Origin: Gammaproteobacteria bacterium
Lineage (GTDB): Bacteria > Pseudomonadota > Gammaproteobacteria > Steroidobacterales > Steroidobacteraceae
Reading direction: 5' to 3'
Assembly: GCA_016874295.1 (NCBI GenBank)
Contig: VGUH01000002.1
Location: 74,344 to 138,343, forward strand
DNA length: 64,000 bases
Under the pieces are notes generated by a model. The model saw only the letters and a program-made list of their open reading frames with translations, made no database searches and was not told the DNA's origin. A program made the translations under genes and the position numbers. Shown here piece by piece: positions 37,463 to 45,146 of the stretch. Numbering within the stretch: the stretch's first letter is position 1; each line of letters begins with the position of its first letter.

Positions 37463-37811
37463 CCTCGAAGATCGCGTAGCGCTTGCGGGCCGGCTCGACC
37501 GACTCCCAGGTGCCCTTGAAGCCCGCGGGGATGACCCAGGCGTCCCCGGCGTTGAACTGCCAGCGCTTGCCTTCCTCGGAAGTGAGCGTCACGCGGCCCT
37601 CGAGCAGGTGGCAGAACTCGTGCTCGGTGTAATTGACCTTCCACTTGCCGACGCTGCTCGACCAGGTGCCGGCGAAGAACTGGCTCGTGGGGTCGGTGAA
37701 GTAGTTCTTCACCAGCGTCTTCGGCTCGCCCTTGACCACTTTCTCGGCGGCCACCGCCGATTCCTCGCCCTTCATGCTGCGCCGGAAATCCACGATTGGT
37801 GGTGTCGCCAT
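37440..37811 (-). CDS. Small cupin protein (EutQ/ureidoglycine-aminohydrolase-like, DUF861-type)
   Basis: Start at ATG 37811 (MATPPIVDF). FFAGTWSSSVGKWKVNYTEHEFCHLLEGRVTLT..G..W.F.AGDAWVIPAGFKGTWE. The 3' end overlaps the convergent TBDR gene by 23 nt. Confidence 0.65.
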   Translation of the reverse strand: MATPPIVDFRRSMKGEESAVAAEKVVKGEPKTLVKNYFTDPTSQFFAGTWSSSVGKWKVNYTEHEFCHLLEGRVTLTSEEGKRWQFNAGDAWVIPAGFKGTWESVEPARKRYAIFEATTPSQT

Positions 37812-37887
37812 CGCCCTGCTCCAGTTCCTGCCCTTTTGCCGATTGTAATCGCTGGCACGGGCCGGCAATCGGGCGTAGGATGAATTC

Positions 37888-38229
37888 ATGGGCAACCGAC
37901 TCCCTCCAATCGTCGGAAACTGGTACACGCACCGCGACAAGGGCGCGATGTTCCAGGTGGTCGCGCTCGACGAAGACGCGGGCACGGTCGAGATCCAGGA
38001 GTTCGACGGCGGCCTCGACGAGCTCGACCTCGACGAGTGGCGCAGCCTCGCCGTGGACCGGGCCGAGCAGCCCGAGGACTGGGGCGGCCCGCTCGACGAC
38101 CTCGAGCCCGACGAGTTCGGCTACACGGACATGGCCGGCGAGGACAAGGCCGGGTCGCCGCTCGAAGCCGCGATCACGACCTGGGAGCAGATCGTCGAGG
38201 ACGACGACTTCGACGAGCCCATCCACTGA
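37888..38229 (+). CDS. Small acidic hypothetical protein
   Basis: 113 aa, strongly Asp/Glu-rich C-terminal half. N-terminus GNWYTHRDKGAMFQVVALDEDAGTVEIQEFDG looks like a conserved small domain. Function unknown. Confidence 0.5.
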   Translation: MGNRLPPIVGNWYTHRDKGAMFQVVALDEDAGTVEIQEFDGGLDELDLDEWRSLAVDRAEQPEDWGGPLDDLEPDEFGYTDMAGEDKAGSPLEAAITTWEQIVEDDDFDEPIH

Positions 38230-38241
38230 CGGAAGATAGCG

Positions 38242-39561
38242 TTGACAAGCAATGATTCACTGGTCGCCAGGCGCCAGGCCGCGGTCGCGCGCGGCGTCTC
38301 CATGGTCCACCCGGTCTTCATCGAGCGCGCCGAGAATGCGCTGCTGTGGGACGGCGAGGGCCGGCGCTACGTGGATTTCGCGGGCGGGATCGCGGTGCAG
38401 AACACCGGTCACCGCCACCGGCGCGTGCTGGAGGCCGTGCGCGCCCAGCTCGACAAGGTGGTCCACACCTGCTTCCAGATCACGCCTTACGAGCCCTACG
38501 TCGCCGTCTGCGAAAAGCTGAACGCGCTCGCGCCCGGCAAGGGCGCGAAGAAATCCGTGCTGATGTCCACCGGCGCCGAGGCAGTCGAGAACGCGGTCAA
38601 GATCGCGCGCGCGGCCACCGGTCGCCCGGCCATCATCGCCTTCTCGGGCGCTTTCCACGGCCGCACCATCATGGCCCTTGCGCTGACCGGCAAGGTGGAT
38701 CCCTACAAGACCGGTTTCGGCCCCTATCCGGCCGAGGTCTACCACGCGCCGTTCCCGAACCCGCTGCACCGCGTGTCGGTGGAGGACTCGTTTCGCGCGC
38801 TCGCCCAGGTCTTCAAGTGCGACGTCGCCGCCGACCGCGTCGCCGCCATCATCGTCGAACCGGTACAGGGCGAGGGCGGCTTCTACATCGCGCCGAAGGA
38901 GTTCATCGTCCGGCTGCGCGAGCTGTGCGACCGGCACGGCATCCTCCTGGTCGCCGACGAGATCCAGAGCGGCGCGGGCCGCACCGGGCGCATGTTCGCC
39001 ATGGAGCACTACGGCGTCGCGGCGGACCTCTACACGCTCGCGAAGTCCATTGCCGGCGGCTTCCCGCTGTCGGCCGTAGTCGGGCGCGCGGACCTCATGG
39101 ATGCGGTCGCACCCGGCGGCCTCGGCGGCACTTACGCCGGCAACCCGGTCGCCTGCGCGGCTGCGCTCGGCGTGCTGCAGGCCTTCGAGGAGGAGCGCAT
39201 TTTCGAGCGCGCGGACCGGCTCGGCGAGCGCATCGGCAAGGCGCTCGACGCGCTAGCCGCGCGCCACGTTGAGATCGTCGAGGTACGCCGCCTCGGCGCG
39301 ATGGTCGCCTTCGAGCTGGCCGAGGGCGGCGACCCGCACCGGCCGGCGGCGGAACTCACGAAGAAGCTCACGGCACGCGCCCGCGAGCTCGGGCTGATCC
39401 TGCTGTCCTGCGGCGTCTACGGCAATGTCGTGCGCATCCTCGTGCCGATCACCGCGGAGGACGCGGTGGTCGACGAGGGCCTCGCGATCATCGCCCGGGC
39501 CGCGTCCGAGCTCTTCACCGACGCGAACGTCACCATCCCGCGGCTGCGCCCTGCGCTCTAG
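38242..39561 (+). CDS. gabT: 4-aminobutyrate--2-oxoglutarate aminotransferase
   Basis: TTG start. AENALLWDGEGRRYVDFAGGIAVQNTGHRH, STGAEAVENAVKIAR, EPVQGEGGF, ADEIQSGAGRTG align block by block with GabT as I recall it. Confidence 0.85.
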   Translation: MTSNDSLVARRQAAVARGVSMVHPVFIERAENALLWDGEGRRYVDFAGGIAVQNTGHRHRRVLEAVRAQLDKVVHTCFQITPYEPYVAVCEKLNALAPGKGAKKSVLMSTGAEAVENAVKIARAATGRPAIIAFSGAFHGRTIMALALTGKVDPYKTGFGPYPAEVYHAPFPNPLHRVSVEDSFRALAQVFKCDVAADRVAAIIVEPVQGEGGFYIAPKEFIVRLRELCDRHGILLVADEIQSGAGRTGRMFAMEHYGVAADLYTLAKSIAGGFPLSAVVGRADLMDAVAPGGLGGTYAGNPVACAAALGVLQAFEEERIFERADRLGERIGKALDALAARHVEIVEVRRLGAMVAFELAEGGDPHRPAAELTKKLTARARELGLILLSCGVYGNVVRILVPITAEDAVVDEGLAIIARAASELFTDANVTIPRLRPAL

Positions 39562-39568
39562 CAGGACG

Positions 39569-41281
39569 ATGCACCGAGTGCGCGCCCGCCACCCCGTGCT
39601 GCTGGCCGCGTCCCTCGGCCTCGTCGTTGCGTGCGCAGACGAGCCGCCCGCCGACCGCGTGTTCGTGAACGGCGCGGTGTACACCGTGGACGCGGAGCGG
39701 AGCCGCGCGGAGGCGGTCGCGGTGCGCGCGGGCCGCATCATCCGCGTCAGCACGAACGACGTCGTGCGGCGCCTCGTCGGGCCCGCGACCGAAGTCACGG
39801 ATCTCGCGGGCGGAATGCTGCTGCCGGGCTTCCACGACTCGCACATTCACATCCTGATCGGCGTTGCGACCGAGGACGATTGCGACCTGCTGCGGCTCGC
39901 ATCACAGGCGGAGGTGGAAGCGCGCCTGCGCGAGTGCCAGGCGCTCCCCGGCTACGGGCCCGAGCGCTGGGTGCGGGGCGGCGGCTGGTCCGAGTGGCTG
40001 TGGCCGGACGCCAATCCCGGCAAGGCGCAGCTGGACGCCTTGTTCCCTGACCGGCCCGTGTACCTCGAGTCGAGTTTCGGTCACGCGGCCTGGGTGAACA
40101 GCCGCGCGCTTGCGCTCGCGGGCGTCGGCCGCGCGACGCGGGACCCGCCCGACGGCGTCATTGTGCGTGATCCCGCGACCGGCGAGCCCGGCGGGACGCT
40201 GCGCGACGCCGCGATGCTGCTGGTCAAGCACAAGCTGCCGCCGTTGACCCTGGAGCAGCGGCTTGCCTCGGTGCGGGCCGGGATCACGCTCGCGCACGGC
40301 GTCGGCATCACTTCGGTGATCGAGCCGGGCCTCGACGCCGAACTGATCGCCCCGGTCATCGCTCTCGCCGACGCCGGCGAGCTCGACCTGCGCGTGCGCG
40401 CCTCGCTCTCGCCGCTCGCCTGGCAGCCCGGGGCCTTCGATGACGGCGTGTTCGCTTTCCTCGAGGGCCGCGGCCAGTGGCGACGGCCGGGCCTCGACGT
40501 CGACTCGGTCAAGATCTACATGGACGGCGTGGTCGAGTACGGCACCGGCGCCCTGCTCGAGCCCTACGACGATGCGCGCCACGGGCTCGGCCCGCGCTTC
40601 TACACCCAGGAGCAGGTGAACCGCTATTTCACGCGCTTCGACGCGATGGGTCTCGCGATCCACGTACACGCGGTCGGCGACGCCGGCATCCGCATGGCGC
40701 TCGATGGCTTCGCGGCGATGCGCGCGGCGAACGGGCCCAGCGACAATCGCCACCACATCGTTCATGTGCAGCTCGTCGACCCGGCCGACCGTCCGCGCTT
40801 CGGCGAGCTCGGCATCGCGGCGACGTTTCAGCCGCTGTGGACCTACCCCGACCCGGCGGCGCTCGAGCTCGACGTGCCGATGATCGGCGAGCGGCGCACC
40901 CAGGAGATGTACCCCATCGCGAGCCTCGCGAAGCGCGGCGCGCGCATCGCGGCGGGCAGCGACTACTTCGTCACCGACCTCAACCCGCTGCACGCGATCG
41001 AGGCCGCCGTCACCCGCCAGGATCCCTACACCAACGCCGGCCCGGTGCTGAATGCCGGCGAGCGCGTCGACCTCGCGACGATGATCGCTGCCTACACCAT
41101 CCAGGGCGCGTGGCTGACGGGCCTCGAGAAGGAACAGGGCTCGATCGAGGCGGGCAAGCGGGCCGATTTCGTCATGCTCGACCGCGACCTGTTCGCGGGG
41201 CCCGCCTCGGCGATCAACGAGGCGAAAGTCGTGATGACCGTCTTCGACGGCCGCACCGTCCACGACGCGCGCGCGGACTAG
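39569..41281 (+). CDS. Amidohydrolase-3-family metallo-hydrolase, lipoprotein
   Basis: Start at ATG 39569. Signal/lipobox LLAASLGLVVAC. LPGFHDSHIH (HxH), HVHAVGD, AGSDY. 570 aa. Confidence 0.75.
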   Translation: MHRVRARHPVLLAASLGLVVACADEPPADRVFVNGAVYTVDAERSRAEAVAVRAGRIIRVSTNDVVRRLVGPATEVTDLAGGMLLPGFHDSHIHILIGVATEDDCDLLRLASQAEVEARLRECQALPGYGPERWVRGGGWSEWLWPDANPGKAQLDALFPDRPVYLESSFGHAAWVNSRALALAGVGRATRDPPDGVIVRDPATGEPGGTLRDAAMLLVKHKLPPLTLEQRLASVRAGITLAHGVGITSVIEPGLDAELIAPVIALADAGELDLRVRASLSPLAWQPGAFDDGVFAFLEGRGQWRRPGLDVDSVKIYMDGVVEYGTGALLEPYDDARHGLGPRFYTQEQVNRYFTRFDAMGLAIHVHAVGDAGIRMALDGFAAMRAANGPSDNRHHIVHVQLVDPADRPRFGELGIAATFQPLWTYPDPAALELDVPMIGERRTQEMYPIASLAKRGARIAAGSDYFVTDLNPLHAIEAAVTRQDPYTNAGPVLNAGERVDLATMIAAYTIQGAWLTGLEKEQGSIEAGKRADFVMLDRDLFAGPASAINEAKVVMTVFDGRTVHDARAD

Positions 41282-41328
41282 CGTCCACACCCGCCATTCC
41301 GTCTTGCGGGCGGCAACAGGAAGAAAGA

Positions 41329-41405
41329 TGGTGGCTAGGGAGAGAATCGAACTCTCGACCCCGGGGTTATGAATCCCGTGCTCTAACCAGCTGAGCTACC
41401 TAGCC
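41329..41405 (-). tRNA. tRNA-Met (anticodon CAT), elongator-like
   Basis: Reverse complement is GGCTAGGTAGCTCAGCTGGTTAGAGCACGGGATTCATAACCCCGGGGTCGAGAGTTCGATTCTCTCCCTAGCCACCA. 7-bp acceptor stem, GCTC/GAGC D stem, loop TTCATAA, GAGAG/CTCTC T stem, encoded CCA. Paired 1-72 argues against an initiator. Lysidine-modified tRNA-Ile2 cannot be excluded by eye. Confidence 0.85.
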
Positions 41406-41494
41406 ACGCGGCGGGAAGGTACCCCGGGGAGGCGCGATTGTCGGGACCGGGCCGGTGGCTGTCAAGGACGCGCCGGTCCCCGGGGTCCGCGGCC

Positions 41495-42280
41495 TCAGGG
41501 CGGCTCGGCAAAGCTCCTGAGCGAGTGCCACTCGATCACTTCCTGCAGCAGCACGCGCTCGGTCTTGAGCACGATGTGCTCCAGGCTGTTCCAGGTCAGG
41601 CAGGCGGCGACCTCCGCGCGGTTCGCGGTCAGCAGCGCACGCATTTCCTGGTAACGCGCCACGCGGCGCTGCAGATCGTTGATCGAGATGATCGAGATCA
41701 GCGAGGCCGCGACCACCGGCAGCGAGATCTGCAGGAACACGAAAGCCGTCTCCTCCACCCAAAGCGGAACGGGCGGAACGGCGATGCCGGCGGTGCGGGT
41801 CACGGCGTAGCTCGCAATGCAGGCGACCGCGAGCAGCGTCGCGACCCAGAATCCCGCCATCAGCCGCCGGTAGACCGGCAGCGCCTTGTTGACCTGCCGG
41901 TTGAAGTAGGCGATCTGGTCGTCGATGCGCTTGGCGAGGTAGACCGGCTTGAATTCCTCGATCGGCAGGCTGCGCGTGGCCGAGGAGCGCGTGTGCAGGA
42001 TGTACAGCGCGCGGGTCAGCCGCCGCGCGCCCACGAGGTCGAGGTCCTGCAGCAGCGGCGCGGCGCGCGGCAGGCCCCAGGTCGCGAGCGCCGAGCGGCA
42101 GAATTCCGCCGCCAGACGGCAGCGCACCCAGCTGTGGTGCGAGCGCAGGTGCCTTCTCAGCGCGAGCGCCGCGACCAGGCCGAAAGTGACGAACACGAGC
42201 TTCGCCCAGGGCAGCGCCAGCATGTGCAGCGCGTAAGCGACGGTCGCGGTCGCGATCAGCGTCGCCATCACGTGCGACAT
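41495..42280 (-). CDS. Four-TM membrane protein made of two tandem 2TM modules, SLATT-like (SMODS and SLOG-associating 2TM effector)
   Basis: Module 2 is YLAKRIDDQIAYFNRQVNKALPVYRRL, then TM (WVATLLAVACIASYAV), TM (FVFLQISLPVVAASLISII), then NDLQRRVARYQEMRAL, the pattern I associate with DUF4231/SLATT. Module 1 is ..GAPHFRRL, then TM (VMATLIATATVAYALHML), TM (LVFVTFGLVAALAL), then SWVRCRLAAEFCRS. Start uncertain: ATG 42280, or GTG 42340 overlapping the upstream gene. Confidence 0.6.
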   Translation of the reverse strand: MSHVMATLIATATVAYALHMLALPWAKLVFVTFGLVAALALRRHLRSHHSWVRCRLAAEFCRSALATWGLPRAAPLLQDLDLVGARRLTRALYILHTRSSATRSLPIEEFKPVYLAKRIDDQIAYFNRQVNKALPVYRRLMAGFWVATLLAVACIASYAVTRTAGIAVPPVPLWVEETAFVFLQISLPVVAASLISIISINDLQRRVARYQEMRALLTANRAEVAACLTWNSLEHIVLKTERVLLQEVIEWHSLRSFAEPP

Positions 42281-42294
42281 GACCGTGGCAACGA

Positions 42295-43014
42295 TCAGGC
42301 GCCGGAAGTGCGGGGCGCCCTGGCTCGCTGCCAGTCGCACTTCTCCTGGAAGCGCAGCACGGAATCGGGCGCCGCGAAGGGGTTCTCGCCGCCGCTGAAC
42401 GGCGCCTCCGGCAGGGCGTTCAGGTCCTCGAGGATCGCATCGCCGGCCTCGAGCTTGTCCCAGTTCTCGCGCCGCATCGCGCGCGTCGCGGGGTCGATGA
42501 TCAGCACCGGCTTGCCGATCGACTTGGCGTACTGCACGACCTGGCCCGTGCCGCCCTTGCCGCGCGGGTCGTTGCCGTCCCAGACGGCGAGCAGCAGGTC
42601 GCAACCGTTGACTGTTTCGATGCCGCAATCGAGGTAGCTGTCCTCGCGATCGCCGTACTCGTGGATGGTGCGCATGTGGTCGGCGGACTCGAGCATCGCC
42701 TCGACCGACGCCCATTCTTCCGGCGCGAAGTCGCGCGCGAATTCCGGGCGCGCGAGCGGCAGGATGCAGTGCCAGGACATGCCGGCCGCGCGCGCTTCGC
42801 TCGCGAACAGCTGGTCGCCGCCGCGCGCGATCGACGACAGCGCGATCCACTCGCCCGGGACCTCGCGGACCAGGAACGCGAGCGCCTCGCGGATCGCGAG
42901 CGACGCACCGCCGGGATCGGTGAGGTGGCGATGCCCGGTGAAGCCGACGACGTTGAACAGCGGTAGCCGGCCGGCGGCGGCGGCGGGCAGCGGTGGTGTT
43001 GCGGTATCGGTCAT
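42295..43014 (-). CDS. SLOG-superfamily (SMF/DprA-LOG, YpsA-like Rossmann fold) protein, predicted nucleotide-ligand binding
   Basis: 239 aa. VVGFTGHRHL (strand 1 plus Gly loop), SSIARGGDQLFASEA (GxD motif as in DprA/YpsA), CDLLLAVWDGNDPRGKGGTGQVVQYAKSIGKPVLII (C-terminal GGT motif). Confidence 0.6.
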   Translation of the reverse strand: MTDTATPPLPAAAAGRLPLFNVVGFTGHRHLTDPGGASLAIREALAFLVREVPGEWIALSSIARGGDQLFASEARAAGMSWHCILPLARPEFARDFAPEEWASVEAMLESADHMRTIHEYGDREDSYLDCGIETVNGCDLLLAVWDGNDPRGKGGTGQVVQYAKSIGKPVLIIDPATRAMRRENWDKLEAGDAILEDLNALPEAPFSGGENPFAAPDSVLRFQEKCDWQRARAPRTSGA

Positions 43015-43022
43015 CGTTGCGT

Positions 43023-43406
43023 TCAGGTCGTCCCGGCGGGCGCTGCTCCGGGTTGCGGCCCCAGCGAGAATTCTCCGCTCGCGCTGAAGCGATGCGAACC
43101 CAGCTTGCCGCTCATCGAGTAGCGTATCTGGTCGGCCTGTGCCGCGTCCTTCACGCCGATCACCTGGCGCACCATGCGCAGCATCGAGACGGTAACCGGC
43201 ACCTCGACCACGGCATCGCTGAAGCCCGGGACGGTGCCACCGGCATTGCTTACGCCGGTCGCAAAGGTCTTGTCCTGCACCTCGCCTTTCTCCTGCATCG
43301 GCTCGATGCCGGCGACGGTGACCTGCAGAGGGTCCCGGGCCGCAAGCGACGCGCAGCCCGCCTGGGTCAGTGCCGCGGCCAGTGCAATGAGCATGTTGCG
43401 GATCAT
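43023..43406 (-). CDS. Small lipoprotein, LEA-type-2 (water-stress/hypersensitive-response)-like, apparently shortened
   Basis: Lipobox LTQAGC. FATGVSNAGGTVPGFSDAVVEVPVTVSML..RQ...IRYSMSGKL resembles bacterial LEA_2 lipoproteins. The segment normally between the first strand and the FATGVS block seems to be absent. Confidence 0.5.
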   Translation of the reverse strand: MIRNMLIALAAALTQAGCASLAARDPLQVTVAGIEPMQEKGEVQDKTFATGVSNAGGTVPGFSDAVVEVPVTVSMLRMVRQVIGVKDAAQADQIRYSMSGKLGSHRFSASGEFSLGPQPGAAPAGTT

Positions 43407-43439
43407 TGGCGCTCTCCCCCGGGACCGCGTGCAGCCTGC

Positions 43440-44531
43440 TCAGACGTTGAAGCGGAAATGGAACACGTCACCCTCGCGGACTACGTACTCCTTGCCCTCG
43501 AGCCGCAGCCTGCCGGCCTCGCGCGCGCCGGCCTCGCCCTGGTGCGCGACGTAGTCATCATAGGCAATGGTCTCCGCGCGTATGAAGCCGCGCTCGAAGT
43601 CGGTGTGGATGACGCCCGCGGCCTGCGGCGCAGTCGCCCCCGCGCGCACGGTCCAGGCGCGCACTTCCTTCGGGCCGGCGGTGAAGAAGGTCAGCAGACC
43701 GAGCAGCCGGTACCCGGCGCGGATGATGCGGTCGAGCCCGGCCTCGGCCAGGCCGAGATCGGCGAGGAAGGCGGCACGGTCCGCCTCGTCGAGCTCGGAG
43801 ATCTCCGCCTCGATCGCGGCGCACACGGCGACCACCACCGAGCCCTCGGCGGCCGCCAGGCGCTCGAGCGCCTCGAGCCGCGCATTGCCCGTGAAGCCGC
43901 CCTCGTCCACGTTCGCGACGTACATGACGGGCTTGGCCGTCAGCAGCGACAGCTCGTGCAGCCGTTCGCGCTCGAAGTCATCGAGCGCCATCGCCCGCAC
44001 CGGCCTGCCCTGGTCGAGCCAGGCGCGCATTTTCCTCAGCGACTCGCGCCAGCGCGTCGCGTCCTTGTCCATCGCCTTGGCGGCCTTGTCGGCGCGCTGC
44101 GCCGCGCGCTCGACGGTCTCGAGATCGGCGAGCGCGAGCTCGGTGTTGATGGTGGCGACGTCGGAGGCGGGGTCCACGCGCCCGGCCACGTGCACCACGT
44201 CGGGATCCTCGAAGCAGCGCACCACGTGCGCGATCGCGTCGACCTCGCGGATGTGGGCGAGGAACTTGTTGCCGAGCCCCTCGCCCTCTGAGGCGCCGGC
44301 GACCAGGCCAGCGATGTCCACGAACTCGACCGTGGTCGGCATCACCTTCTCGGGCTTTGCGATGCGCGCGAGCGCGGCGAGGCGCAGGTCCGGTACCGGC
44401 ACGATCCCGACATTCGGGTCGATGGTGCAGAACGGGTAGTTCTCGGCCGCGATGCCGGCGCGCGTCAGCGCGTTGAACAGGGTCGACTTGCCGACATTCG
44501 GCAGCCCGACGATGCCGCAGCGGATCCCCAT
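43440..44531 (-). CDS. ychF: Ribosome-binding ATPase YchF
   Basis: 363 aa. [19 protein letters not shown]-loop; canonical length. Confidence 0.95.
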   Translation of the reverse strand: MGIRCGIVGLPNVGKSTLFNALTRAGIAAENYPFCTIDPNVGIVPVPDLRLAALARIAKPEKVMPTTVEFVDIAGLVAGASEGEGLGNKFLAHIREVDAIAHVVRCFEDPDVVHVAGRVDPASDVATINTELALADLETVERAAQRADKAAKAMDKDATRWRESLRKMRAWLDQGRPVRAMALDDFERERLHELSLLTAKPVMYVANVDEGGFTGNARLEALERLAAAEGSVVVAVCAAIEAEISELDEADRAAFLADLGLAEAGLDRIIRAGYRLLGLLTFFTAGPKEVRAWTVRAGATAPQAAGVIHTDFERGFIRAETIAYDDYVAHQGEAGAREAGRLRLEGKEYVVREGDVFHFRFNV

Positions 44532-44546
44532 CCGGGAAGCGCCGCC

Positions 44547-45143
44547 CTACTGCTGCGCCGCCGGCGGCGCGGTGTGCAGGCGGTTCATCATCTTTTCCGC
44601 GCCCTCGGTGAGCAGGCGCGGGAACTCGGCGACCGCGAGTTCGATCGCCTCGCGCATCAGCCGCTCGTGCACGGCGCTCGCGCGCTCGAGCACGTAGTCG
44701 ATCACCTGGTCACGCTGGCCCGGGTGGCCGATGCCGACGCGGATTCGCCAGAAGTCCTCGCCGAGGTGCGCGATCACGTCCTTGAGCCCGTTGTGCCCGC
44801 CCGCGCCGCCCGCCTTCTTGAGGCGCGCGACGCCGGCCGGCAGGTCGAGGTCGTCGTGCACGACCAGCACCTGGTCCGAGGGAATCTGGAAGTACTCGCA
44901 GAAGGCGCGCACGGACTGGCCGCTGCGGTTCATGAAGCCCATCGGCTTCAGGAGCCACAGCGGCACGCCCGCGATCGTGACGCGGCCCGCGTCGGCGTTG
45001 TAGCGCCGCTCGGGCTTCAGGCGGCCTGCATGCCGCGCCGCCAGCTCGTCGACGAACCAGAAGCCCGCGTTGTGGCGCGTGTCCTCGTGCTCGACGCCCG
45101 GGTTGCCGAGCCCGACGACCAGTTGCAGTGCGAGTCCCGCCAC
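44547..45143 (-). CDS. pth: Peptidyl-tRNA hydrolase
   Basis: 198 aa. VGLGNPG, TRHNAGF, HNGLKD motifs. Confidence 0.95.
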   Translation of the reverse strand: MAGLALQLVVGLGNPGVEHEDTRHNAGFWFVDELAARHAGRLKPERRYNADAGRVTIAGVPLWLLKPMGFMNRSGQSVRAFCEYFQIPSDQVLVVHDDLDLPAGVARLKKAGGAGGHNGLKDVIAHLGEDFWRIRVGIGHPGQRDQVIDYVLERASAVHERLMREAIELAVAEFPRLLTEGAEKMMNRLHTAPPAAQQ

Positions 45144-45146
45144 ACC

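Noticed and set aside
41282-43440. A tRNA-Met-associated genomic island carrying the SLOG/SLATT pair.
   Set aside because: I found no integrase and no direct repeat of the tRNA 3' end. The pair lies on the 5' side of the tRNA, whereas tRNA-targeting islands integrate at the 3' end. Composition is not obviously different from the flanks. I keep only the weaker statement that it is a small insert next to a tRNA.
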